NCBI GenBank assembly: GCA_951406725.2
Contig: OX597814.1
Span: forward strand, 174,034,001 to 174,098,000
Origin: Octopus vulgaris
Taxonomy: Eukaryota
Direction of reading: 5' to 3'
Length of the DNA: 64,000 nt
The position numbers and the translations under genes are program-made. The notes below the pieces were generated by a model. That model saw nothing but the letters and a program-made list of their open reading frames with translations, was not told the origin of the DNA and searched no databases. Shown piece by piece: positions 12,081 through 25,025 of this stretch (the stretch's first letter is position 1; each line of letters opens with the position of its first letter).

Positions 12081-13229
12081 GTAAAATCAGTTTGTGTTTT
12101 GTTTTTATTGGGTTTTTTGGGTTTTTTTTTAATAGAATCACTTGTTTCTCCTTAGCTTTCATAGATGGCTGGGCTGATACATCAGCTCACTATTTTTGTT
12201 TTAAAAAGATTACAAGACTGAATTCTTCAAGAACATCTTTATAGTTTTTGTATCATATAAAATGATTCCATCTTCTTTAGTATGTTGCTTTTCTCTCTAA
12301 GATGATTAAATTGTGAAACACTCCTTGAAATAATGTTACTCAACAAAGATAAAAATTTCTTTCCAATAATCATTTCCAAGATTTCAGAGTTATGAAAGTG
12401 ATCTGAGTAAAGTATTGCAGTTTGCTTACAGTAAATGAAGTTGGGTTAGTGACTCAATATGCCATGTTCTCTCTTTTCACTCTCTGCTAAAAATATAAGA
12501 CCTTTGCATTGTGAAATACTATGGGAAATGTATTTCGGAATTAAAAGCTCAGCCCTAAACATTATAGTTTGACTATTTGATAGTAAATAGTAAAAAAAAA
12601 TCCTATATCACTTCAAATATAGTTCACAGTCTCTTTAAAATTAAAGTCTGTTTAGCCATCATCTTCAACATTATTTTGACATCTGTTTGTCCTTGCTCAT
12701 AATTACATGAGTTCAGCATTTTGCTATGCATTTCAATCTTTCATCATTTTATCTGTAAGGCTTTAAGATTTAGACTCACTTTCTTCCATGTCTTCCACAT
12801 ATTTTCTTTACTTAGAGAAGCTCCATTACATACAACAGTTTTTAACCTTGCATATTTAATCTATTCATGTCAAGTGGCCATTCTAAAATAGTTGTCTCTC
12901 CTAATGCAAACTTCTCTTTCAACTCACTTGTGACATGCTTTTAAGAAAAGTAAATTCTGTGTCCAACAGACTTTGTTCACCCCATTTCTTTCTGGACTAC
13001 TCTGATATTTCTCATTCAATGTCTGTCTATTATGTATCATTATTATGCATACCAAGAGAAGTAACAGATCCTTGAATTTCTTTTATCAATTTCTTAGTCT
13101 AGCTACTGGCACTAATTAGGTCACACAAGTTGAAAATGTAAACTACATCTAATAAATGCTTTGAACATCTCATGGACTTCATTTCATCAGTGCCCTTTAT
13201 GATAGCCACCCTTTATATATATATATATG

Positions 13230-13826
13230 TCTTCCTGTGGAAGAGGTAGACCCAGAGAAACCTGGGATGAGGTGGTGAAGCACAACCTTCAAATGTTGGA
13301 CCTCACGGAGGCAATGACAAGGGACTGAGACCTTTGGAGATATGCCGTGCGTGAGAAGACCCGGCAAGCCAAGTGAGACCATAACTGTGGCCTGTGCCAG
13401 TGTAGCATCACCGGCCCATTTAAGAGTACCCTTCAATCATTGGGCAATAAACTACTTGAAAAGACCTTGCCAGTAGCACGTAAAAAGCTCCATTCAAGCA
13501 TGGTCGTTGCCAGTGTTGCCTGACTGGCTCCCATGCTGGTGGCACATAAAAAGCTCCGTTTTGGCGTGTTCGTTGCCAGTGTCACCTGACTAGCTCCCAT
13601 GCTGGTGGCACGTAAAAAGCACCGTTCAAATGTGGTTGATGCCAGTACCGCTTAACTGACCCTCATGCCAGTGGCACACACGAAGCACCCACTACACTCT
13701 CGGAGTGGTTGGCTTTAGGAAGGGCATCCAGCTGTAGAAACCTTGCCAAGTCAGATTGGAGTCTGGTGCAGCCTTGCCAGTCCTTAGTCAAACCAGCCTG
13801 GAAAGCAGACATTAAACAATGATGAT
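13230..13826 (+). mobile_element. 3' end of RTE-type LINE with 66-bp tandem units in the 3' UTR and a (GAT)n tail
   Basis: CGRGRPRETWDEVVKHNLQMLDLTEAMTRD*DLWRYAVREKTRQAK*, then 66-bp periodic units (TAAAAAGC at 13481, 13547, 13613) and the GGAAGGGCATCCAGCTGTAGAAA tail. Confidence 0.85.
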
Positions 13827-13827
13827 A

Positions 13828-14630
13828 TACTAGCAATGCACCCTGGCATTGCCTGGGTGTTATGACCTATAGCCACATTTTATTATTTGTTCCTTTCTTA
13901 TGGTCAGAATTGGCACACGAGGAGTATAAAGCAAACAACTCTTCTTTATAAACATGTTTTTTGGTCATTTTCTGATGAACAAAGCTGCAGTTTCCATCTA
14001 TCAAATTCAGTCACAAGTCTGTGGTTGGCCTAGGGTTAAAGTAGAAAACAAATGTAAATATTCATAAAGGAAGTTGACTCATTTAATGTCTGATTAGGTT
14101 TTTACAGTAAAAATGTAATGAAGTTGACTTTTATTTATGCTTACTTTTTCCGCATAAATTTACTAAAACCATTAAATGGTTAATTACTTTTTGAAGTTTG
14201 ACGTTCATGCTGGTGGTAATCGTGGTCCAGGCCATATTTTACATAGCTTGGAGTTTCTACCTATCACAAGGGAGCCCAGCAATTTCCTTAAATAAGTCAG
14301 TTTTTCTCTGCTTAAGAAGTCGAGCTTGCGTTTCGCCTCCAGGAAGCTATTGCTCACTTTCTCTGTGTTAGGACAATGAAATTCATCACCGCTGACATTG
14401 CCACTACCAGCTCTTACTGCATCTAACACCACCAACAACAACATCATAATTCATTCCTCAGACATATAAACTCACTAAGTGAATATGACTTAGCATTCCT
14501 AGAAACCTTCATTTACCTTATACGATGTTTAATGTCATTTCACATTCATGTTGAATTATGCAGCAATCTTATGTTCTCTTCATAGAACACTTGCAATGTA
14601 TGTATTACCAGTTCTTTTGGTATAGTAGAT
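13828..14630 (+). mobile_element. Helitron/Helentron-like non-autonomous element (probably with internal insertions)
   Basis: 5' end ATACTAGCA..CCCTGGCATTGCCTGGG and 3' end TATAGTAGAT, the same terminal style as the 19586, 25026 and 43563 elements. Confidence 0.45.
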
Positions 14631-15539
14631 TTTTACTATTCTTGTTTGTGTCTCCTCACAGACGTGTATATTCTAACAAGTTGCTTCTTAAATTTCACAC
14701 CTCCCTTGTTCAGTAAACACTGAGTTAAACTTGCATAGCTGTTTATTTTCTCCTTTCGATTTTTAATGCTTATTTTAGTGGGTTATCAAACTATCAATTT
14801 GATCTCCCGGCTAAAATGGTAACAGCAAATTTTAAAGTTTACTTGACATTTTATATGCGTGAAAGGGATTAAAATTTTAATACTTCGTATCAAAGGTTCC
14901 AACAAGAACAGGCAGAAAATAAGAGCTTGAGACAAGACACTTTCTACCGATCAGAATTCTGTTTACATAATCAGTTTGATCGGTCACCTTCCTCTGTCGG
15001 TTGAGTAAAGTGTCATCCAAGCTGATGTTTATGGGTAATTAAACTTAATTTGCAACACTTGTGCATATTTATCAGCTTTGTTTTTGTTGATAAGAATTAT
15101 CAACAACATTTTCTGTGATTGTGATTTGAGAAAACATACAAAAGTATGCTAAAGATCGAACATAATGTCCAACCCATGCTTAACTGAGCAAGAAATGTAA
15201 AATAAAGTTTATTATAAACAACACAAATACTTCATAATTTAATAGCTTTCAATGTGATACCTGTTAAACAGAAATTATTTTTATTTAATGAAAATTTAAT
15301 AAAATCTAATCATAAGTAAGTGAAATTATGCTAAATAAAACTAAATTGAAAATATTTTTCCCCTGGCCATATCAGCAATCCTGAAAACTTTTGGATGCGA
15401 ATTTTACACGAGTAGAAGCTTCTTTTTAGCAATTTTTATCCTGAAAATCACTTGCATGAATTACACAGGTGCGCAAATTACATGGGGTTTTACAGCAGAA
15501 GTGTTAAGACCAATCCTGCAGATGGTGTAAAACACTTGT

Positions 15540-15771
15540 GACAGTGCCATGTAAAAGCACCCATGCTGCCTCAAGAAAAAGTGCCTGTGTGGTGCCACGT
15601 AAAAGCACCCAGCACAATCTGTAAAGTGGTTGGCACTAGGAAGGGCATCCAGCTGTAGAAACCACGCCAGATCAGACTGGAGTCTGGTGCAACTCCCCAG
15701 CTTTTCAGCTCTGGTCAAACTGTCCAACCCATGCAAGCATAGACAACAGACCTTAAATGATGATGATGATG
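15540..15771 (+). mobile_element. RTE-type LINE 3' UTR fragment
   Basis: GGAAGGGCATCCAGCTGTAGAAA...CCAACCCATGC...(GAT)n. Confidence 0.8.
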
Positions 15772-16342
15772 AAAACATTTGATATCTTGTTCTCTTTGTT
15801 TCCTAAAGTTCCTGCTGTATATTGTTTCTGTTGGTTTCACTATTTATACATAACCTTGATTGGTAGACTTAAATCTGTTACCTGGTTCACCACCATCACC
15901 TTGTCTTTGACTTCCTTTACTGGAGCCTACTCTGTTGTAATAATTATTTTCTTTATGTGAAAAAGAAGGAAATGTCTGTGACCTTCTTAAGCCCGTTTTA
16001 GATTAAAAGGAAAAGATTAGGTTCATACTATAACATTATTGTGTTTGTTGTTCTAAGTGAATTTCTGTGGATTTATTGACTAGAGGGAACACATAAACAA
16101 CTGAATCTATTGTGAATACAATTTCTCAGGGGACACATCATAAATATGTATTTTCTCAAATAGCCAAAACATTCATAAAATCTTCAACTAAAGGAAGTGA
16201 TAGCAAATACATAGGGAAAAAAATCTGAGGATTTAACAACCAAACATAAATTCAACAGAAAATGGTTGTTGAGTATAAATGTAATATAAACTGTGGGCAT
16301 AAACATTTACATAAGTGCAAAATGTGTTCAAAGTATTTCAGC

Positions 16343-16580
16343 CCACAGGTATATGGCATAGTGGTTAAGAGCGTGGGCTATTAACCCCGAGATTCCAAGT
16401 TCGATTCCAGGCAGTGACCTTAATAATAATAACACCAAAAAAAATACCTTAGGAATGAGAACCCAGGTTCAAAATTTCCTCAAGACACCTGATGAAGGCT
16501 GGAGGGTATATCAGCCGAAACATTGTGTTAACAACAAACAAGATGAGGACAAATATCCGTCAAATATAAATAATGTAAAT
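16343..16580 (+). mobile_element. tRNA-headed short retroelement with a hammerhead-ribozyme tail (Penelope-like)
   Basis: Exact 13-bp TSD AAAGTATTTCAGC (16330-16342, 16581-16593); A-box TGGCATAGTGG 16354-16364; B-box GTTCGATTCC 16399-16408; (AAT)n linker; hammerhead core 16484-16529. Confidence 0.85.
16484..16529 (+). ncRNA. Minimal type I hammerhead ribozyme motif
   Basis: Stem I GACAC/GTGTT, core CTGATGA(A), stem II GGCTG/CAGCC, GAAA, and a minimal stem III AAACATT (likely from palindromic AACGTT by CpG decay; inference). Confidence 0.7.
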
Positions 16581-17723
16581 AAAGTATTTCAGCTAAAAAA
16601 TATTGCAACTTGAGATAAATTTGAAAGCAACTATAATAGCAGGTCATTTCTGTTACTGCAGCAACCTAATCAATGCTGGAAATGAGTAACAAAGGTTTCT
16701 AGTTGCAATGGAGCTGTGAAGCTGAACTCTACTGTAAATACAACCATACTTTCTATGTACGCAGTTTAAAAGATAGATGAAATGCATGCTTACACAAACA
16801 TGCATGCATTTCCTCCTCCTTTGCTCATGATTTTCCTGCAGTTGTTCAAAGTGAACATCGAGTAATTTGACAGGACCTGCAAAGATTATGTCCCACATTT
16901 CTCCACCTCCTCCTGACTATCAAGATTTGAAATATGATATATATAGCTATCATACAGGTGCACTGATAATATAAAGTGCATGAGCTGATCAGACAGTCGT
17001 CAAAATGTGGTTCATATTTTCAATTATTTGGATGGCCTAGTTTGTATTGAATTTAGTTATAGTTAACATACTATTGCTAGACTAAGAATGTTGGAGAAGA
17101 AATTCAGGAACCTGTTGCTTCTGTTAGCATACATAATTGTGAGACATTGTATGAGAAAGATCAGTGAGGAAATGAAGTGAGCAAGATCTTTTAAATACAT
17201 AACATTAATATATATTAAAAGCAGGTCACATGCCATCTGAAAGAGTAGCTCATACTAAAGAGCATCATCTAGGACAGACAACCATACTTTTACGTGTTTC
17301 AGTCATTTGATTGCCCATGCTGGAGTACCACCTTTAGTCAAACAAATCAATCCTAGGGCTTTGTAAGCCTAGTGAAAGTCTAGTACAAGTTACCAGGTCA
17401 TACTCACTCACAAGTAACTGCTAAGCTTAGTCTCCTTTACTGTTGAATTTATGGTGGCTGATTTGCAACAGCCTAATTCATATTGAACCTTTTTTCTTTT
17501 TTGTTAATGTATTATTTGAAGTAGGAAAAGCAACATTATAAGTTTTTGTTGGGTTTCCCGTGACTGTGGAAGAAAAGGAAGCAAGATACCATGACTACTT
17601 GGTTATTGCAATAACAAGTAGTACATTAATATATCAGACTAAACTCAGACCATAGTCTTAGTCTAAATATCTGAACCAGAGTGGCTTCTATCTATGAACT
17701 TAAGGTTGTACCATGTGACAAGT

Positions 17724-18296
17724 AACCCTTTTAATACCAACCCACTTGAGAAAGCTCCTGGTTCTATGACAAACTTCCTGATTTTAAAATGATCTAAAGC
17801 AGAGTTATGCATGAACCCCTTTGATTACTATTTTATTCTGGTGGATCCCCATAGTCATTCAATGCTTAAAAACTAATTTTATAGAAACTTCTTTTAAAAT
17901 TCCTATTTTGTTTTTCACGCATTAACTTATGTAGGTTGAATTGTGTAAAATTAGAGAAAGAAACCTAGCTGTTTCTTGCAATACATACCAATACATACAT
18001 CTGAAGCAAAATTTTTTCAGGAGCCCTTGAAATACTATTGTGGCTCCCCAATTTACTATTTTGTTGCACAAGCCCCCCAAAAATCTTATATGAACCTTCA
18101 GGGGCCATATGGACCCCATTTGAGAACCACTGATCTGAATGATCTAAATCAAAACTTTCTTTCAAAATTTCATGATAATTTATGTTCCAAACACCAACTT
18201 AATAATGATAAAGTTGTTTTACTAAATTCTTTGTATTTTCAAAATCATTTGAAACAAAGGCAGTGTATTTCAACAGAAATATAACAGAAAAGTTAA
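17724..18296 (+). mobile_element. piggyBac-like MITE interrupted by a hAT-like MITE
   Basis: Outer parts match 31046-31265; inner ~17800-18132 matches 1721-2053; aatgatctaaa is repeated on both sides of the insert. Confidence 0.7.
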
Positions 18297-18421
18297 GTCT
18301 GCTAACCAGTTGATACTTTCCTCAGTGATGGGGAATTTCCAAGATATTTGTATTTATAATATTTACATGTGTTGTTTTGAACTGAAACAAGTAAAGATAT
18401 TTTTTTTCTTTTTATTTAAAG

Positions 18422-18519
18422 TTTTTCCAGAAAACTGTTCCTGCCATATATGAACAAGACCAAGAGAAACTTATCCATACTGCTTTTCTTATCAAATACA
18501 ATGCCAAAAAAATGAAAAG
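18422..18519 (+). CDS. EVI5: EVI5-like coding exon D
   Basis: Long T tract with tttaaag acceptor and AG|gtcaga donor; 98 nt, phase 0/2; FFQKTVPAIYEQDQEKLIHTAFLIKYNAKKMK(R), similar to EVI5 HFQKVIP...KYNSKKMKK. Confidence 0.9.
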
Positions 18520-18811
18520 GTCAGATTTTTCTTTCCTTTATTTTCCTTCCTATATTTTCTCTGTTTATTTTTTAGCTCTTTCAGTATTCTGCTTCATCAG
18601 TCTCTGGTTAGAATTACATATGTACTTCATGCATCTCATAGCTTCAATTACCTCTATTGTTGTGTGTTTTTAATTAGAAACAGTAGTTCCTGAACCATAA
18701 CCTTGTTAGCAGTTTAATCCAATAGAACAATTAATGACTAGGTTGCATTTAAATATTTCTATGTAGGAAGCGGTGATAAAGAGTGCAGTTTAATTTCAAG
18801 TATTTATATTC

Positions 18812-19072
18812 CTTTTTTTTTTTTTTACCTTCTCGAGCCATGCCAGGCTCATAAGGGCCGGTTTCCTGGTTTCAGTGGTGTAGAAATTCCCCACCCGCAT
18901 GGGACTCCGGTCCGTTGCAGGATTGCTCATTTTTGCCAGCTGAGTGGACTGGAGCAACATGAAATGAAGTGTTTTGCTCAAGAACACAATGCGTCGCCCG
19001 GTCCAGGAATTGAAACCACATCCTTACTATTATAGGTTCAACACCCTAACCACTAAGCCATGAACCTCCACT
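18812..19072 (-). mobile_element. SINE family C
   Basis: Aligns with 9901-10160. Confidence 0.8.
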
Positions 19073-19585
19073 TGTATTCCTTCATCCAAAGTAATTCCAA
19101 CTGCATTCCCTAGAAGATTACTACAGATGTTTGTAGCTCAGTGTATGAGCCCCTGCATCAGGTACATGCAGATTTGAAACGTAAAACATGTCTGTCAAAC
19201 TACTGTATATCAACTTCTTGAATCCCAAGAGGTTGTAACTCAAGTGCAGCGTTAGACTAACATTGTTGAAGTTACATGCATTCTACAATGTAAAATGTTC
19301 ATGGCAAATTTCATGCATTTCATCAGCTGCAATGATTCTGAAAGCTTTCATTTTGATTGGTTAGTGTTGAGTTGGCTGAGTATGTTACATAAAGCAGTCA
19401 TTCACAATAGTGTATTCCTTGAGGCTTTGAATTTGCGCTTTGTTGATTGATTTTTTCTTCTATCTACATAGTTTGTTTCTAAATTTACATAGTGCTTCAA
19501 GCCACAATCTCCATATTTCTGTTTACAGATGATAGAAATATTCTCTACATATACCATATATATGATAACTGTATATACCACATAT

Positions 19586-19986
19586 ATGACGAGCAAAACG
19601 CACCCCTGTCCAATGGACGGTGCTGAGTTGTCAAACATTTAAACTAGATTTTCTCAAAACAACTTGTCTGATCGTCCCATTTTGTGGCATTACTTCAAGC
19701 CAGCCGGCGTTTTTTGCGCAAACTGCACGTGCATTTTTCTCACGTACGCATAGTATCGATCGCAACAACTGATGTACTTGTGTGTACAAATGCACATTCC
19801 CATGGCTTTATCGATTGCATTTTCACCCGGAATAAATTTTTGTAATTTTTTCAAGACTTATACACGCCCTGATACCGTCGGTATCTACATATCGAATTTG
19901 AGCGCAATCGGATGGAGGATGCCCGAGATCCTAGAAGACACACCGACAGACAGACAGACAGACAGAATGGATTTTATATAATAGAT
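19586..19986 (+). mobile_element. Helitron/Helentron-like non-autonomous element, CpG-rich (probably young)
   Basis: Subterminal hairpin GCACC..GGTGC near the 5' end; (CAGA)n microsatellite followed by TTTTATATAATAGAT at the 3' end. Confidence 0.6.
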
Positions 19987-20894
19987 AACTGTTTCTGATT
20001 GAATTTCCCTTGATTTGTAAAGTCTATCATACTTTAAACATAAAACCAAATTGTTTTGTGGCCAAGTTTGTGAAAATAGAATCAATTTGCACATTTTTGT
20101 TGTAGTAGTAGTCTCTTCTGACAAAGAATGAAACCACAGAATCTTGGGAGAGAGGAAAATGGAATGCAGTCACATTCATACCTTTCTAAATTACATTAAT
20201 GACATGAGGGAAAAGTGAAACGACTTCAGGCATTGATCAAAACTAGTTCATAGTCAAGTCACTATGGAGGCCTCAATGCTGTCATTTGACATGTTAGAAG
20301 TAACAGCCAAACCTTCTTTAAATCACTATCAGCTGTATTTAAAAAAATGGTAGAGTACTTTAGATAATGAAAACCTAGATACATTATATAATTAAAAAAA
20401 TTAAAAGGAAATGAACACAACTTGAACATGTTGTTTTTATAGGTCAGTCTTTATTGATTTAAATAGCAATTCAGTGTACTTTCTAATCAATGTATATTGT
20501 GTCAATTGTTGTGTAAGTCTACTAATGATATATATAAGCATTGACATTGGCTAGCTGTCAATATTTTGTATAACATGTGACTGTCTATGTGATTTTCTTT
20601 GATTTTCTCTCATTCATCCACCTCTCTTTCTGTGCGTGTGTTGTTCTGTGTCTCATCTAAACATCTCAATTTAATAACAACCAATATAAATGTTAGTTGA
20701 TTTCTTCACTTGTGCTTTACATCATATGGAGAGAGAGTGAACATATCAAGTGTAGGATGAGTACACATACTAGGCTTAAAGAGAGAGAGAGAGAGGACGA
20801 TAAGCATAACTCTGGTTTGGTGTTCTGAAAAATACATATTTTTTTAAAATAAAATTTTGCAGGGATAGAGTTTTGATGGCGTAAAGTTCAATTA

Positions 20895-21175
20895 TCATCA
20901 TCATCATCATCATTTAACGTCCACTTTCCATGCTAGCATGGGTTGGACGATTTGACTGAGGTCTGGCGAACCAGTCTCCAATCTGATCTGGCAGAATTTC
21001 TACAGCTGGATGCCCTTCCTAACACCAACCACTCCGAGAGTGTAGTGGGTGCTTTTACGTCCCACTGGCACGAGGGCCAGTTTGGTGGTACTGGCAACGG
21101 CCACGCCCAAATGATGCTTTTTACGTGCCACCTGCACAGGAGCCAGTCCAGCGGCACTGGCGACGACCTCGCTCA
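20895..21175 (-). mobile_element. RTE-type LINE 3' UTR fragment
   Basis: (ATC)n then tttaacgtccactttccatgctagcatgggttggacg..., the reverse complement of the family tail. Confidence 0.85.
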
Positions 21176-23917
21176 AATATTTCACATACCACCAGCACAA
21201 GTGGTAAAAATTTAGAAAAATAATGACAAACATTTATAATAATATTAAAACGAAAAATTGGTGTTCAGATTAATGACAAGTGTAATGCTTATTTATTCAT
21301 ATTAGTTTGAAGTAAGCATGCCTTATTTTCTAGCTTTGAGACTTCCACAATGTGATTGCTTATTTTTGAGAATGACACTGTAGGACAGGTGTGAGAGGTT
21401 AGATATGGCCAGGGGGAACATTTAGGACAGACATGGCTGGTTTAAGTGCTAACAGGTTTAGGACAGATATAGCTGGTTAAAATGCTAAAGAGTTAGTTCA
21501 AGGTAAAAAGTGTTTCTTTTGAAATTAGTATTAATTTCATTATTTTATATAAGCATCAAGAAATTTGATAAAAGTTGAATTATAATTATCGTATGTATGT
21601 CAATATTTCCTGATATTACTCACGGTGGCAAAAGTATTCTTCCAAAGTTATCCACCATATGACAGGTAACAGTCTAATTTAAACATATTCATGATGTGGG
21701 TAAGTCTGTTGCCAGCAAAATTTCAATTTAATTCATTTGAGTCACTTTTTAAGTAAACCAAAACTTTAGAAGCACAGTCTAACATCCATACTTTTCTTTC
21801 TTTTGCATTTCTACATCTTTTAAAAATCGTAAATTGGCCTGTGCTATCTTCCATTAAATGTCAGTGCATGAGCATATATGCATGTGCTTGTGCATTTAAA
21901 CACGTGTACTCAATTGCCAGTATGAAACTCAGCAAAAAACTCAGAAAAGAGGCTGAGCAAATCATCAGCTTCAAATGAATTTATAAAATGTACTTAAGTA
22001 ATATTGAGTACACATTCTTTTGTTACATTCATTTGTGTGTGTGTGTGTGTGTGTGTATGAGGTAATGCTATAAGAGTAACTCAAAGGCCTTAATTTTCAT
22101 GTCAATGCATGTTTGAAAAGTGCCTTGACACGACTTTCTAACCCATGGATCACTCTTGAAGTATTTTCAACTAATAACAGATTTTACATACTATGCTGTA
22201 TGAATTTAGTATTCTTGCCTTCCATTTGTAGAACCATTATTCCTATACACACACCACCACCCCCATTTGGTTGGGGAAGCTTTTTCTTTTGCCCCCCCCC
22301 CCCCCCCACTCCCCATTTCTCCTATCTCCTTTCGTTTTTGGCATATCTTGCAAGTTTGTTGGCAACATCGCTAGTGCCAGTGACATGAAGGTAGGAAGCA
22401 GGAAAAAGGCACCCACTACAAAGTGGCTAGTGTTACCTAGAGAATCCAGCTGTAGAAGCCATGCCAAAGCTAACACTGGAGCTTCAATGCAGCCTTACAG
22501 CTCACTGGAGTCTGATGAACCATCCAGTCTATGCCAGCATAGAAGATGAACATCAAATGTTTATGATTATGTGTATGTGTGTGTGTAGGAGTGTTCAAGG
22601 TCTTAAACCTAAAATATCCTCTCCAGTATCATAATAAACTAAATAAACACACCTATTTCATTGCATTTCAATGGTTGATGGCAGAAAGGGCGTAAGCCCA
22701 TATCCAACACACTACTTCAGCCCAAGTTGTATGCAGTACAATGCAGGCTTGAGATATGTACAAATACTGCTGTATTGCTAGTCTTCCTATAACCCACACC
22801 ATTAGGAAAATGTCATAAGATTGTAAATACTGTAATATACAATAAAGAATAAATACTACACATATATATATACACCTATTTCTCTTGAAAAATTGGAGGC
22901 TAGAACACATCATAGAAATTTTGCTGTTATTCCAGTATATGTTTCTGTGTCAAAAGGACAAAAGAATAGCACAATATTGTTTTAAGAAACTGGGATGAGT
23001 TCTTAATAGAAATGTATGAGTGACCAAACAATTACTAAAGCAAGGATTGGGGGAGAAAAAAAAGAATTAAACAGGAAAGCAAGATATTGAAAAAGCTGAT
23101 ACAATAAATTGTATTAGTTAATTGTCATCGTAGCTATCCTGGTCAATGGTTTGTATGTTGTATTTCCTATGCTTTTAGCATTTATGGAATTTGTCCTTTA
23201 TTTCTTATACATAAATAGATAAGGCAGTGTGCTGTTATCTGTGTGGTGACCATAATATGAGACTTTAAAGATAAATGTTGTTATAATGGCATAAAGAATT
23301 TTAAATGTTTTACTTGTTTCTGTCATTGGACTGCAGCCAAGTTGGGTCACTGCTTCGAAGGATTTTTAGCTGAACAGATCAACTCCAGTGTATATTTTAA
23401 GTCTGATACTTATTCTACCAGTCTCTTTTTGCTGAAACACTAATCACAGGACTATAAGTAAAGCAACACCAGTTGCTAAGCAATGGGAGGTGGGGGTGAC
23501 AATCACAACCATAAAGACACATCCACACACACTGAGTTATATATATACACACAGATGCCTTCCTCACATTTCCATCTACCAAATTTATTTCTCACAAGAT
23601 ACTGGCCCGTCTGAGGCTATAGCAGAAGACACTTGCCCAAGGTGTCATATAGTGTGACTAAACCTGAAACCATGTAGTCATGTCTGCACCTAACTATTAA
23701 AAAGTAAAATAGAATTATTTTAAATATTAGTGTTAAAGGCACCAAATCGGTAGTCATTAGAGTGTTGGATAGAATGGTTTATAAATTTTGTTTGAGTTTT
23801 GTCCTCTGCACTCTGACTCCAAGTCCTGCCAAGGTCAAATTGGTTTGTCTCCTTTGTGGTCAATAAATAAATTAACACTTAAGTGGGTGTTGATTCATCT
23901 CTCTCTCTCTCCCTCTT

Positions 23918-23949
<32 letters not shown>

Positions 23950-24978
23950 AACTACAATATGCTGTGAGAAGGGTCATGGTGAACACTCACCTCAGTGACC
24001 CTTTCTCCAGAAAGAGAGTAAGATTAAGTGAGGGCTTGCAGTCCAGTCCCTTCTCTTGGACAAAACTTATATGCTTACTGGAACCATCCCAGTTGGAATT
24101 ATATGGAATACACCATCTAACAGAAATTTTTTTAAATGTTGGTGGTTTTTAACATTTGATACAGATACTATAGAAAGTGATGGAAAATGCTGGAGAGCAT
24201 GGATGTAAAAATGAATGGGAACTTGTTTAGAAGAAATTCAACTAATGCATATATTGTTTGTTTTCTAAAGCTCATAAAGTTACTTCTAGTTTTACAATAT
24301 TCATGATGGTTTTTTTTTGTTAATTATATCAATCTCTGTGAAGGCACATGGCTCAGTGGTTAGAACGTTGAGCTTACGATTGTGAGGTTGTGAGTTTGAA
24401 TCCTGGACTGGGCTGTGTGTTGTGTTGTGTTCTTCAGCAAGACACTTTATTTCACGTTACTCCAGTTCACTCAGCTGTAGGAAAGAGTTGCGATGTCACT
24501 GGTGCCAAGCTGTATCTAGTGTTGCCTTTCCCTTGGATAACACTGTAAAGTAGGAGAGGGCGACATCTTTGTTAATCAGGTACAATGGACGAATTAATAA
24601 GAGTTAGGTTCCTTGTTCAAGGCTAAAACACAATAGCTTCGCCAACCATTCATCTTTCACAAAGGTTCAAAATAGAAGTTTGCTTTGCACACATTCATAT
24701 ACATGCATGTGTGTGCATGAATGCTACTCTTCTATGTGCTTTGATCCAATATTCTTCTTTAGAAGATAGAACAAAGAAAATTGTTTTATATATATACACA
24801 CTTTCATGAAATCCCAGCAACAGATATATAGCAGGTATTTTCACTGTTCAGCTATCTATTATTGGTATTTCTATGTCAACTCTCTCTCCCTCTCAACAAA
24901 TTTATGTACAATCTTAAGCAGGAATTAGCTCAAGCCCATGTGTAATTGCACTTTTGATTATATTTGTTTACTTATGAT

Positions 24979-25025
<47 letters not shown>

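Noticed and set aside
16343-16412. Genuine tRNA gene
   Set aside because: A and B boxes are present but there is no complete cloverleaf, and it is embedded in a TSD-flanked repeat; treated as a SINE head.
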